From Nitrospirota bacterium (lineage in GTDB: Bacteria; Nitrospirota; UBA9217), in contig CAVVUN010000002.1 in NCBI GenBank assembly GCA_963751455.1, forward strand, positions 160,001 through 224,000: a DNA stretch of 64,000 bases, given 5' to 3'. Positions within the stretch are counted from its first letter, which is position 1, and every line of letters begins with the position of its first letter. Shown piece by piece: positions 1 through 9,807 of the stretch. The notes under the pieces were generated by a model that was not told where the DNA came from, did no database searches, and was given only the letters and a program-made list of their open reading frames with translations. The position numbers and the translations under genes were made by a program.

Positions 1-86
1 CCCGGCACGATCCCGAATACTGCGAACACCAGCCCGCCTGCTGTAGCCCCGATCCTCATTCCTGTTTTAATGGTCTCGTTCTTCAT
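1..86 (-). CDS. Small Gly-rich membrane protein, 5' part only (runs off the window); paralog of 355..666
   Basis: Manual translation MKNETIKTGMRIGATAGGLVFAVFGIVPG, with AGGAG RBS upstream; aligns with the GAGAGLVLFGLFGLLPG motif of the next gene. Not in the ORF track. Confidence 0.75.
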   Translation of the reverse strand, partial: MKNETIKTGMRIGATAGGLVFAVFGIVP

Positions 87-146
87 GGCTATCTCCTTTC
101 TGCCGCAGCTAATGGATTTTGAACCCCGTTTGTTGCTCAATCTATA

Positions 147-319
147 TTAACCTGAAAAAAGCAGTTGGACACGGATAAAATCTGATCAACACGGATTTAT
201 AGGAAGTTACGAACAGTAATGGATTCACCCAAAAGGCGAGATGGCTTTTTGCTCTATCACATTGTTTTGATCCGCTGTTTCCGTGTTCATCCGTGTTCAA
301 ATGCCGTTTTTAGGATTAA
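147..319. repeat. Non-coding imperfect inverted-repeat (MITE-like) element with TTAA ends
   Basis: Left arm TTAACCTGAAAAAAGCAGTTGGACACGGAT versus right arm reverse complement TTAATCCTAAAAACGGCATTTGAACACGGAT; internal ACACGGAT/ATCCGTGT repeats. Confidence 0.65.
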
Positions 320-354
320 GGTAAGTCACGTGCCGAATTGCGCGGTTGACCGGT

Positions 355-666
355 TCACTTTGAATGAGTCTCCGCAACAACGGGGTGAACCATCAGGCCC
401 ATTGCCTGACCGATTAACCAGCCGATTGACGATGAAGCCGTGGTGATCATGATGCCCGATACCATCACACCGAGAAGCATGGAGCCCAGGACGATCATGC
501 GTGAAAGGAGTCCCGGCTCAAGAGGAAGACCGAACAGCATGCCCGCCGCGCTCACTCCCATGGCGCCTCCGATGAGGCTTCCGGGCAGCAATCCGAAAAG
601 TCCGAACAGAACCAGTCCTGCACCCGCTCCTGCGTAAGCACCCTGTTTTGATTTTGAGATCTTCAT
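355..666 (-). CDS. Small Gly-rich membrane protein of unknown function
   Basis: 103 aa, hydrophobic and GxxxG-rich; AGGAGG RBS. Confidence 0.8.
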   Translation of the reverse strand: MKISKSKQGAYAGAGAGLVLFGLFGLLPGSLIGGAMGVSAAGMLFGLPLEPGLLSRMIVLGSMLLGVMVSGIMITTASSSIGWLIGQAMGLMVHPVVAETHSK

Positions 667-705
667 TTTCGTTTCCTCCTTTTCGCGTCGTCTTGCCTAT
701 GTAAT

Positions 706-721
706 TGCATCAGTCATGCCA
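706..721 (-). promoter_or_regulatory. Sigma-54 (-24/-12) promoter for the small membrane protein gene(s)
   Basis: Minus strand TGGCATGACTGATGCA has exact GG-N10-GC spacing, about 40 bp upstream of the ATG at 666. Confidence 0.65.
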
Positions 722-833
722 AAGAGTAACATGCTGATTTTGCTGGAATCAGGGGAAGAAGGTCTTTTGCAGAAGTGAGAACGAAGGGGCTCTTTTTTTA
801 GAGATGCAAAACAATTATGTAAGGGTAATGAAT

Positions 834-940
834 CCCGCGACTTGCAATCCCCCGGCTCCTGCCGGGGGTAATGCGCCGTAGTCCGCGGGAGGTCGCGTTA
901 TTAAAGGGAGCCTCCGGCTCCTGCCGGAGGGGGCTCCACT
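834..940. repeat. Pair of GC-rich hairpins, like IS200/IS605-type ends or REP
   Basis: CCCCCGGCTCCTGCCGGGGG (849-868) and GGAGCCTCCGGCTCCTGCCGGAGGGGGCTCC (907-937) share the core CCGGCTCCTGCCGG. Confidence 0.6.
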
Positions 941-957
941 ATAAAATCCTTAAGGCG

Positions 958-1115
958 TTTTATCCGCAGATGGCGGAGATTTCGCAGAAAAGCTTGCTGG
1001 AGAGTGAACAAAAACCAACTATTATTTCCACAGATTATACCGATTTCGCAGAATAAACGAATCTGGTCTCATGTTCTTTTTTATATCTGCGGCCATCCGT
1101 GTAATCTGCGGACAG
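958..1115. repeat. Intergenic imperfect inverted repeat of CCGCAGAT/ATCTGCGG units
   Basis: TATCCGCAGAT..GATTTCGCAGAA units, followed by ATCTGCGGCCATCCGTGTAATCTGCGGA in the opposite orientation. Confidence 0.5.
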
Positions 1116-1174
1116 TAAAATCCTTTGTCCTTCTGATTATTGACTAATCCCAGTCGCCGTGCTATAAGCAACGA

Positions 1175-2131
1175 GTGGACGGAAAACAGAAAATAAAACT
1201 CGCAATAAGCGCATGCCTGCTCGGTCAACCCGTAAGGTATGACGGGGAACACAAGCTCGACCACTATCTGCGTGACACGCTTGGGCGATTCGTGGAATGG
1301 GTCCCGGTCTGTCCCGAAGTCGAGTCAGGCCTTCCGGTTCCGCGCGAGGCAATGCGTCTCGAAGGCGATCCGGACTCGCCCCGGCTGTTGACACGAAACA
1401 CCCTGATCGATCACACAGATCGCATGAAGCGATGGTCAGGGACCAAGCTTGCGGAACTCGGCAAGAAGGACCTCTGCGGCTTTGTTTTCAAGGCCCGGTC
1501 GCCAAGCTCCGGTATGGAGCGCGTGAAAGTCTATTCGTCATCCGGAAAGTCCTTCAAGATGGGTTCGGGTTTGTTCGCGAAGGCATTCATGGACCGTTTC
1601 CCCTTCATCCCAACAGAAGACGAGGGCCGCCTGCAGGACCCGGGCATACGCGAGAATTTTATCGAACGCGTCTTCGTCTATTGCCGATGGCAGGAATTGA
1701 GACGGAGAAGGGGGAAAATCCGTGAACTCGTTGCATTCCATACGGAACACAAGTACCTGATCATGTCTCACAGCCTGAAACATCTGCGGGAGCTGGGCGC
1801 CCTGGTTTCGAATCCGAAAAGATATAGTCCGGGATTCCTTTTTCAGGACTATTTTCACGTTTTGATGGAGGCACTTCGGCTTCAGGCAACAGTGAAGAAA
1901 CATGCAAATGTACTGCAGCATATTGCCCGGTATTTCAAGCAGACCCTTTCAACCGACGAAAAACTGGAATTGCAGGACGTTATAACGCAATACCGGACAG
2001 AACTTGTGCCCCTTATCGTGCCGCTTACGCTCGTGAAACACTACGTCAGGAAATACGACGAGCCCTACCTCAAGCGGCAGTATTATCTCAATCCGCATCC
2101 TCTGGAGCTTATGCTCAGGAATCACGTCTAG
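1175..2131 (+). CDS. DUF523/DUF1722 (YbbK-YbgA fusion; 2-thiouracil desulfurase-like) protein
   Basis: ISACLLGQPVRYDG, VCPEVESGLPVPRE, KARSPSSG and a C-terminal YLNPHPLELMLRNHV. Confidence 0.9.
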   Translation: MDGKQKIKLAISACLLGQPVRYDGEHKLDHYLRDTLGRFVEWVPVCPEVESGLPVPREAMRLEGDPDSPRLLTRNTLIDHTDRMKRWSGTKLAELGKKDLCGFVFKARSPSSGMERVKVYSSSGKSFKMGSGLFAKAFMDRFPFIPTEDEGRLQDPGIRENFIERVFVYCRWQELRRRRGKIRELVAFHTEHKYLIMSHSLKHLRELGALVSNPKRYSPGFLFQDYFHVLMEALRLQATVKKHANVLQHIARYFKQTLSTDEKLELQDVITQYRTELVPLIVPLTLVKHYVRKYDEPYLKRQYYLNPHPLELMLRNHV

Positions 2132-2165
2132 ACCGCATTTCCCCGTGTTGTGCGACTATTATCGT

Positions 2166-2194
2166 TTGACATACGTACATAGTTATAGTAAAAT
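2166..2194 (+). promoter_or_regulatory. Sigma-70-type promoter at the start of the glycan island
   Basis: TTGACA-N17-TAAAAT. Confidence 0.65.
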
Positions 2195-2299
2195 TCTCAT
2201 GGTAAATCAGAGACTTTGAAACACATCACCAAAAGAAGCCGGGCAGCACAGTGAACGAAAATGCGGCGGCTCAGGGATGATATTTCAATAGCGAAAAGC

Positions 2300-3466
2300 A
2301 TGATAGAACTAACCGTACTCATGCCGTGTTTGAACGAAGCGGAAACTCTGGGGGCTTGTATAAACAGTGCCCGGAAACTTCTGGCCGACAACAATATCGA
2401 CGGTGAGATTCTTGTTTCCGATAACGGTTCCAGCGACGGGAGCCTGAGGATTGCGCAGGAGTTGGGCGCTCGCGTAGTGCATTGCGGCACCCGGGGATAC
2501 GGCGCGGCGCTCCAGCTGGGGCTTGAACAGGCCAACGGCAAGTATGTTCTGATGGGCGACAGCGACGACAGCTACCATTTTGACGAGGCCCTTCCCATGA
2601 TCGAGTTGCTTCGCCAGGGACGGGACGTCTGCATCGGCACCCGCCTGAAGGGCACGATCATGCCGGGAGCCATGCCCCTCATGAACCGGCATCTCGGGAA
2701 CCCGGTTCTTACCGCCATAGGAAAGAAGTTCTTTAAAATCGACGTGACGGATTTTCACTGCGGTATGCGCGCCTTTCGCAGGGACAAGGTCCTGGGACTT
2801 AACCTCGTTACCTCGGGGATGGAATGGGCCTCGGAAATGATCATTAAGTCCAGGTTGGCTGATTTGACGATTTCCGAGGTGCCCGTAACGCTCTACAAGG
2901 ACGGCCGAAGCCGGGAGTCGCATCTCAGACGCTGGAAGGACGGATGGAGGCATCTCCGCTTCATGCTGCTTCATGCCCCTGCCTGGCTTTTCATTTTTCC
3001 GGGCGCTGTTATGTTTCTAATCGGGTTCCTCGGCGAGATCCTGCTCGCCAGGGGACCGGTGTCGATCGACGGCGTAACCCTGGACGTCCACTCCCTTCTC
3101 GTCATGGCGTTCCTGGAGATACTGGGTGTGCAGGTCATTTTTACCGGCATCTTCGCAACGCTCTACAGCCATATCGTGGGGATAATTCCGTATAACGAGC
3201 GATTTCACCGATGGATGAAATTGTTTACCCTCGAGGACCTTTTGATCGCATCGGCAGTCCTCGGACTTCTCGGTCTTGGAGGGTTTTTCTTCACATTCTG
3301 GAAATGGTACCAGGTCGACTTCCTGGCCCTGAATTATCAGAAGACCATGCGGTACCTGATCCCATCGCTGACGTTGATAACCATAGCGATCCAGGGGTTT
3401 TTTAACGCCTTCATGATGTCCCTGCTGTTTTTGAAAACCAAAACGTTTTCGCCGTTGCAGTTATGA
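2300..3466 (+). CDS. GT2 glycosyltransferase, polyprenol-phosphate glycosyltransferase (DPM-synthase-like) with C-terminal TM helices
   Basis: VLMPCLNEAETL, DNGSSDGS, MGDSDDSY, DFHCGMRAF; hydrophobic C-terminus. Start placed at ATG 2300. Confidence 0.9.
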   Translation: MIELTVLMPCLNEAETLGACINSARKLLADNNIDGEILVSDNGSSDGSLRIAQELGARVVHCGTRGYGAALQLGLEQANGKYVLMGDSDDSYHFDEALPMIELLRQGRDVCIGTRLKGTIMPGAMPLMNRHLGNPVLTAIGKKFFKIDVTDFHCGMRAFRRDKVLGLNLVTSGMEWASEMIIKSRLADLTISEVPVTLYKDGRSRESHLRRWKDGWRHLRFMLLHAPAWLFIFPGAVMFLIGFLGEILLARGPVSIDGVTLDVHSLLVMAFLEILGVQVIFTGIFATLYSHIVGIIPYNERFHRWMKLFTLEDLLIASAVLGLLGLGGFFFTFWKWYQVDFLALNYQKTMRYLIPSLTLITIAIQGFFNAFMMSLLFLKTKTFSPLQL

Positions 3467-4395
3467 GTGAACCGGTCACGGTCGTAATTCCGACGCTGAA
3501 CGCGGAATTTCATATTCTCCGGCTGATCAAAGCCCTGAAGGAGCAGACCCTCCCGTGCGAGATACTCATCATCGATTCTTCCTCATCGGATCGAACGGCT
3601 GCGGCTGCCGAATCCGCCGGTGCGAAAACAGTGATTATCAGGCAGGAGGATTTTGATCACGGGGGTACGAGGAGCCTGGCCGCGCAATATGCGCAGGGAG
3701 ACATTATCGTTTATCTCACGCAGGACGCTGTGCCGGCAGACAGGCATGCCCTCGAGAAACTTATTGAGCCCTTCAGAAACCCACAGGTGGGCGCAGCATA
3801 CGGACGACAATTGCCCAATCCTGACGCCTCGCCTTTCGCTGCCCATATGAGGCTGTTCAAATATCCTGCTGAGGCACGCCTGAAAAGCATACAGGACAGG
3901 GATAAATACGGCATCGAGACCCCGTTCCTCTCGGACTCTTTTTCGGCGTACCGCAAAGAGGCGTTGTTGAAGATCGGGTTGTTCAAGCAGGGGATTATTT
4001 TTGCCGAAGACGTTTATGCAGGGGCCAGGCTCATTCTGGCCGGCTACCAGATCGCCTATACGCCCGAGGCCGCGGTATATCATTCGCATGACCATACAAT
4101 GGTCGAGGAGTGCAAGCGCTATTTCGACACGGCCGTGTTTTACAAATCCGAAGCATGGATAGGAGAGGCTTTCGGCGGGAACAACGGCGAAGCCTGGCGC
4201 TACATCAAATCCGAATTTACATATCTGCTGAAACAGAGGGATTGGCTGAGGCTTATCGAATTTTTTCCGAGGACCGCACTGCGGGTGATCGGCTTTGGAC
4301 TGGGAAACTCGTACCAAATTTTGCCAGGGGCCGTGTGCAAGCGCTTGAGCGCCAATCCGGGGTGGTGGGAGAGGCGCAAGCCGCAGAGCGCATGA
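3463..4395 (+). CDS. GT2 glycosyltransferase, rhamnosyltransferase-like
   Basis: VVIPTLNA, DSSSSDRT, FDHGGTR, LTQDAVP, AYGRQLP, FAED, VYHSH. Confidence 0.88.
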   Translation: MSEPVTVVIPTLNAEFHILRLIKALKEQTLPCEILIIDSSSSDRTAAAAESAGAKTVIIRQEDFDHGGTRSLAAQYAQGDIIVYLTQDAVPADRHALEKLIEPFRNPQVGAAYGRQLPNPDASPFAAHMRLFKYPAEARLKSIQDRDKYGIETPFLSDSFSAYRKEALLKIGLFKQGIIFAEDVYAGARLILAGYQIAYTPEAAVYHSHDHTMVEECKRYFDTAVFYKSEAWIGEAFGGNNGEAWRYIKSEFTYLLKQRDWLRLIEFFPRTALRVIGFGLGNSYQILPGAVCKRLSANPGWWERRKPQSA

Positions 4396-4557
4396 GCCCC
4401 GCGGCTTGCTGGGGCTCGCCAACCGCGTTTTCGCAGCCTGCCCTCGCCATATCGCGGCAACAGGTAAGAGCACGTAGCGAGCTAATACGATTTATTTCTT
4501 AACCTTGAAAGAGATAGCTTGATCAAAAAAAATCTGAGTTACTCTAAGGAGGTCAAT

Positions 4558-7500
4558 ATGTCGTTATTCCCGGTGTATGTGCGGAAGTACGCAGGCAAGC
4601 TTTTTCTCTCGGTTTTACCGCTTTCACTATTGATTTTGTCAGGGCTCGCGCCAGGTGTATGCGCGGCAGTGAGCTTCGGAACTGCTGCCGACTTCGGGAC
4701 AGGTCAGGACCCGCGATACGTTGCGACCGGCGACTTCAATGGTGATGGCAAGAAAGATATAGTGGCGGCAAACTATAACAGTAATACAATATCTGTCTTG
4801 CTCGCGAACGGAGATGGAACATACCAACCCGCAGTGAATTACACGGTCGGATCCAACCCAAAGGCCGTGGTAATCGGCGATTTTAACGGCGACGGAAAAC
4901 CCGACCTGGCGGTTGCGAATTCGAATTATGCCAGCAATATAGTATCCATTCTGACCGGCAATGGAGATGGGACGTTTCAGGCTCTACTGAATGTTACCGT
5001 AGAATCTGCGCCTGGGGCGCTGGCGGTGGGCGATTTCAATGGTGATGGCAGGCTTGATCTCGCAGTTGCGAACGGCAGCAACAATATCTCCATCCTTTTG
5101 GGAAACGGGAATGCTACCTTTCAAAGTGCCGTCAATTACTCAGTTGGCAGTAGTCCGTCATCTATCGCAGTTGCTGATTTCGAGGGAGACGGGACGCTTG
5201 ACCTTGCGCTAGCGAACTATAATGACTACACGGTTTCTATCTTAAAGGGCAACGGCAACGGGACCTTCCGTGCGGGGATGAGCTACTCGGTTTCAAACAA
5301 GCCCAGTTCAGTTGCCGCCGTAGATCTTAATCGGGATGGCAGATGTGACCTCGTAGTTTCAAACTATTTCGGTGGAAGTGTTACAGTCTTGCTGGGGATC
5401 GGCGGCGGCGATTTTCAACCATCCACGACCTTTCCAACGGCAGGTTATCCAGGATCTGTAGCAATAGGAGATTTTAACGGAGACGGAATCCCTGATGTGG
5501 CTGTTGCAAGAAATGGTGTCAGCAGTAACAATATCGTAATTTTGCTGGGGAACGGCAGCGGCGATTTTTCCTCTGTAATCAATGTTCAGGCGGACAATAC
5601 CGGCTCTTATGGAATTGCTGCGGATGATATGAACAATGATGGAAAGCCGGATCTTGTGGTCGGTTATTATGCCAATACCAATATCTCGGTTTTGCTCAAC
5701 ATGTCGGATTTCGAGGCATCGGGCGCGTTCAGCCAGGTGGCGACTTACACAACCGGGACTTCTCCTGCGGCAGCTGTTTCCCCTGATCTGAACAATGACG
5801 GAAGAGCAGACCTGGCAGTGGCAAATTCCGGGAGCAATACAGTATCTGTGTTTTCGGGAAATGGCGACGGAAACTTCACCCCGCAGGGTGAATACGTAAC
5901 AGGAAGTGAGCCTCGCGCTCTCGCCACAGGCGAGTTGAACCGGGATGGCAAAATTGATCTTATTACGGCGAATCGCATTGGCGGAACAGTATCCGTTTTA
6001 CTGGGCACAGGAAATGGCAGTTTTGCACAAGGAGTTGATTATGCTGCCGGGTCTCTGCCCACCGATGTTGTCTTGGGCGATTTTAACAGAGATGGGAAAC
6101 CTGACTTGGCGGTTGCGAATTCCGGAAGCGACACAATTTCCATCTTACTCGGAAATGGAGATGGTACTTTCCAACCAGGGATAGCGTATGGTGTAGCTGC
6201 TGGTCCTCTTACTCTTATGGCAAGAGACTTGAACGGCGATGAGAAGTTGGATATAGCTGCAGTAAACCGGGAGAACTCCAGCGTAAGTATATTGCTGAGT
6301 AATGGAGACGGCACATTTCAATCGGTTGTGAACTATGCTGCGGGAGAAGAGCCTTATTGTGTTGCTATGGGCGACTTTAACCATGACGGCAAGATTGACC
6401 TTGCTATTGGTGGAACCTTCAATACATCAATTCTTCTGGGGAACGGCGATGGCACTTTTGCGCCTGCTGTTTTGTCCCCGATCGCAAATCACTCTCTAAT
6501 AACCAATGACTTTAACAGAGACGGGAATATTGATATGGCAGGTGACAGTACCATCCTGATGGGTAACAATGACGGCACCTTCCAGTCGGCAATCACCTAC
6601 CCGGTAGGAGGTAATGCGGGTACTAGTGCGGATTTTAATGGCGACGGCAAGCCAGACCTCGCAGTCGTGAACGATATGAATGGCGGCGCCAGCGGCATGG
6701 CTTCTATTTTGTTGAACCTTGCACCTGACATGACGCCCGACACCTTCTCATTCGTGGATCAGACCAATGTGTCCCCAAGCACGCTGGTCACTTCGAACAG
6801 CATAACGGTCGCCGGCATCAACAGCTTAAGCCCCGTCTCCATAGCGGGGGGCGAATATTCAATTAATGGCGAAGCCTACACATCCGCTGAGGGGTCCGTA
6901 AATAATGGCGATACCGTCACTGTGCGCCAGACGTCGTCGCCTAATTATTCAACGAGGACCGAGGCAATCCTTACCATCGGAGGCGTATCCGGCACATTTA
7001 GCGTTACCACGTATTCGGGTGCTGACCTCATTGTATCGTCTGTGGGTGCGCCCTCAACGGCCGCAGCAGGAGGTACGATCACCATAATAGACACAACACG
7101 AAACAACGGAGCGGGCCCATCGGGCACATCAACTACCGGCTTCTATCTTTCGTCAAATTCGACATACGAAAGTTCTGACGTATTGCTGGGGAGCAGGTCG
7201 ATCGTTTCGTTAGCTGCCGGGTCGAGCAGCTTCGGGAGTACATCAGTAACGATCCCTGCGGGAACTATTGCCGGAAACTATTACATCATAGCCGTGGCTG
7301 ATTCAGGCGGGACAGAATCGGAAACGAATGAAACAAACAACTGGAGGGCCAGCCCGGCAATCTTGATAGGCACTGATCTGACCGTAATGTTTGTGGCTGC
7401 GCCCTCAAAGGCAGCAGCAGGAGCGGCGGTCACTATATCAGACACAACACGAAACAACGGAGCGGGCCCATCGGGCACATCAACTACCGGCTTCTATCTT

Positions 7501-8781
7501 TCTTCAGATTCGACATACGAGAGTTCTGACGTATTGCTGGGGAGCAGGTCGATCGTTTCGTTAGCTACCGGGTCGAGCAGCTTCGGGAGTACATCAGTAA
7601 CGATCCCTGCGGGAACTATTGCCGGAAACTATTACATCATAGCCGTGGCTGATTCAGGCGGGACAGAATCGGAAACGAATGAAACAAACAACTGGAGGGC
7701 CAGCCCGGCAATCTTAATAGGCACTGATCTGACCGTAATGTTTGTGGCTGCGCCCTCAAAGGCAGCAGCAGGAGCGGCGATCATTATATCAGACACAACA
7801 CGAAACAACGGAGCGGGACCATCGGGTACATCTATCACCAGTTTCTATCTTTCGTCGAACTTGACATACGAGAGTTCTGACGTATTGGTGGGGAGCAGGT
7901 CGGTGGGTCCCTTAGCTGCGGGAGCGAGCAGCGTCGGAAATACATCAGTAACGATCCCTGCGGGAACTATTGCCGGAAACTATTACATCATAGCCGTGGC
8001 TGATTCAGGCGGGACAGAATCGGAAACGAATGAAACAAACAACTGGAGGGCCAGCCCGGCAATCTTAATAGGCACTGATCTGACCGTAATGTTTGTGGCT
8101 GCGCCCTCAAAGGCAGCAGCAGGAGCGGCGATCATTATATCAGACACAACACGAAACAACGGAGCGGGACCATCGGGTACATCTATCACCAGTTTCTATC
8201 TTTCGTCGAACTTGACATACGAGAGTTCTGACGTATTGGTGGGGAGCAGGTCGGTGGGTCCCTTAGCTGCGGGAGCGAGCAGCGTCGGAAATACATCAGT
8301 AACGATCCCTGCCGGAACTATTGCCGGAAACTATTACATTATAGCGGCGGCTGATTCAGGCGGGACAGAATCGGAAACGAATGAAACAAACAACTGGAGG
8401 GCCAGCCCGGCAATCTTAATAGGCACTGATCTGACCGTAACGTCTGTGGATGGGCCGTCAACGGCAGCAGCAGGAGAGACAGTTATCATTACAGACACAA
8501 CAGAAAACAGCGGAGCGGGATCATCGGGCACATCAGTAACCAGTTTGTATCTTTCGACGGACTTTCAATACGACGAAGCGGACGTATTACTGGGGAGCAG
8601 AGCGATCGATTCGTTAGCTGCCGGAGCGATCAGCGTTGGCAGTACATCAGTAACGATCCCTGCCGGAACTGTCGCCGGAAACTATTACATCATAGTGGTG
8701 GCTGATTCAGGCGGGACAGAATCGGAAGCAAATGAAATAAACAACTCAAAGGAGTGGTCGTTCACAGTATCCGGCATATGA
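4558..8781 (+). CDS. Large secreted FG-GAP (VCBS) repeat protein with five C-terminal CARDB/Ig-like repeats
   Basis: Signal-peptide-like N-terminus after an AAGGAGG RBS; about 13 GDFNGDGxxDLAVAN motifs; 117-aa DLxV..GxYYIIAxADxxxxxxExNExNN repeats. Confidence 0.92.
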   Translation: MSLFPVYVRKYAGKLFLSVLPLSLLILSGLAPGVCAAVSFGTAADFGTGQDPRYVATGDFNGDGKKDIVAANYNSNTISVLLANGDGTYQPAVNYTVGSNPKAVVIGDFNGDGKPDLAVANSNYASNIVSILTGNGDGTFQALLNVTVESAPGALAVGDFNGDGRLDLAVANGSNNISILLGNGNATFQSAVNYSVGSSPSSIAVADFEGDGTLDLALANYNDYTVSILKGNGNGTFRAGMSYSVSNKPSSVAAVDLNRDGRCDLVVSNYFGGSVTVLLGIGGGDFQPSTTFPTAGYPGSVAIGDFNGDGIPDVAVARNGVSSNNIVILLGNGSGDFSSVINVQADNTGSYGIAADDMNNDGKPDLVVGYYANTNISVLLNMSDFEASGAFSQVATYTTGTSPAAAVSPDLNNDGRADLAVANSGSNTVSVFSGNGDGNFTPQGEYVTGSEPRALATGELNRDGKIDLITANRIGGTVSVLLGTGNGSFAQGVDYAAGSLPTDVVLGDFNRDGKPDLAVANSGSDTISILLGNGDGTFQPGIAYGVAAGPLTLMARDLNGDEKLDIAAVNRENSSVSILLSNGDGTFQSVVNYAAGEEPYCVAMGDFNHDGKIDLAIGGTFNTSILLGNGDGTFAPAVLSPIANHSLITNDFNRDGNIDMAGDSTILMGNNDGTFQSAITYPVGGNAGTSADFNGDGKPDLAVVNDMNGGASGMASILLNLAPDMTPDTFSFVDQTNVSPSTLVTSNSITVAGINSLSPVSIAGGEYSINGEAYTSAEGSVNNGDTVTVRQTSSPNYSTRTEAILTIGGVSGTFSVTTYSGADLIVSSVGAPSTAAAGGTITIIDTTRNNGAGPSGTSTTGFYLSSNSTYESSDVLLGSRSIVSLAAGSSSFGSTSVTIPAGTIAGNYYIIAVADSGGTESETNETNNWRASPAILIGTDLTVMFVAAPSKAAAGAAVTISDTTRNNGAGPSGTSTTGFYLSSDSTYESSDVLLGSRSIVSLATGSSSFGSTSVTIPAGTIAGNYYIIAVADSGGTESETNETNNWRASPAILIGTDLTVMFVAAPSKAAAGAAIIISDTTRNNGAGPSGTSITSFYLSSNLTYESSDVLVGSRSVGPLAAGASSVGNTSVTIPAGTIAGNYYIIAVADSGGTESETNETNNWRASPAILIGTDLTVMFVAAPSKAAAGAAIIISDTTRNNGAGPSGTSITSFYLSSNLTYESSDVLVGSRSVGPLAAGASSVGNTSVTIPAGTIAGNYYIIAAADSGGTESETNETNNWRASPAILIGTDLTVTSVDGPSTAAAGETVIITDTTENSGAGSSGTSVTSLYLSTDFQYDEADVLLGSRAIDSLAAGAISVGSTSVTIPAGTVAGNYYIIVVADSGGTESEANEINNSKEWSFTVSGI
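7018..8772 (+). repeat. Five tandem 351-bp intragenic repeats (CARDB units)
   Basis: Units start at 7018, 7369, 7720, 8071 and 8422; units 3 and 4 are nearly identical. Confidence 0.95.
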
Positions 8782-8930
8782 TCCTGGGGACATCCCCGGT
8801 ACTTGTCCTTGCTTCAGGATGCTTAATGGTGCCGCGGACGGCGATACGATCATCACCCAGGCAAATGAGTTCATAGAGGACCTTGTCCTCGCCGTCCTGT
8901 ATCGCTGGTTATTTCAGGCGGCCATGACAT
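8781..8930 (+). pseudogene. Degenerate coding relic directly after the FG-GAP gene stop codon
   Basis: Frame-broken reading ILGTSPV / LLQDA / NGAADGDTIITQANEFIEDLVL / RPVSLVISGGHD. Confidence 0.5.
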
Positions 8931-9039
8931 GCAAAACATTTAGAACAGATTGATCAAGCTGACACCGGAGCTGGGTGAGGGCTAAAAAACGCCACTCAAA
9001 AACCACTCAGCGGCTTAACGATTGATCCATGGAGAAACA

Positions 9040-9642
9040 GTGACAAAAAACATCGTATGGCATGAGACGTTTGTGGACCGGCAGGACCGGAACCGCATCA
9101 ACAAGCATAAGAGCGGTGTGGTGTGGTTCACCGGGTGCCCGGCGTCTGGAAAATCCACAATTGCCCATCACATGGAGAAAGAGCTCTTTGACCGCGGCAT
9201 CCGCTGCTACGTTCTAGACGGCGATAACGTGCGGCACGGCATCAATTCCAACCTCGGGTTCAGCCGGGACGACCGGCGGGAGAACCTGCGCAGAATCGGC
9301 GAGCTTTCGAAGCTCTTTGTGGATGCCGGCATTGTCGTGCTCGCGGCTTTTGTCTCCCCTTACCGTGAGGACAGGGAATTTATCAGGCAGACCGTGGGTC
9401 CCGAGTTCTTTTTCGAGGCATACGTAAAGTGCTCGATTGAAACCTGCGAGAAGCGCGACCCAAAGGGACACTACAAGAAGGCAAAAGCCGGGCTCATCAA
9501 GGATTACACTGGCGTCTCGGCGCCTTATGAAGAACCCGAGAACCCCGAGATCGTTCTCGATACCGAGGAGATTGACGTGGAAACTTCGGTCCGAACGGTC
9601 CTGGAGTTTCTGGAAAGAAAGAAGTTTATATTGCTGATGTGA
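9040..9642 (+). CDS. cysC: Adenylyl-sulfate (APS) kinase
   Basis: WFTGCPASGKST, LDGDNVRHG, CEKRDPKGHYKKA, YTGVSAPYEEP. GTG start after GGAG. Confidence 0.95.
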   Translation: MTKNIVWHETFVDRQDRNRINKHKSGVVWFTGCPASGKSTIAHHMEKELFDRGIRCYVLDGDNVRHGINSNLGFSRDDRRENLRRIGELSKLFVDAGIVVLAAFVSPYREDREFIRQTVGPEFFFEAYVKCSIETCEKRDPKGHYKKAKAGLIKDYTGVSAPYEEPENPEIVLDTEEIDVETSVRTVLEFLERKKFILLM

Positions 9643-9807
9643 AGCTTGCCTGCGCAACGCATAGAGCATAGAGCATAGTGTTGGTTGAGTGCGGTGAAAG
9701 TTGGCTAAATCGAGAATAGATGAGTAATCAAGTGGTTGACCAACTCAACGAATCGAATACTTAAACAGCTCAACTTTTTTACTTTAAACAAGCAGGAGGA
9801 GAAGCTT

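Noticed and set aside
320-335. Second sigma-54 promoter on the minus strand (CGGCACGTGACTTACC)
   Set aside because: The -12 element reads TTAC rather than TTGC; at best a decayed site.
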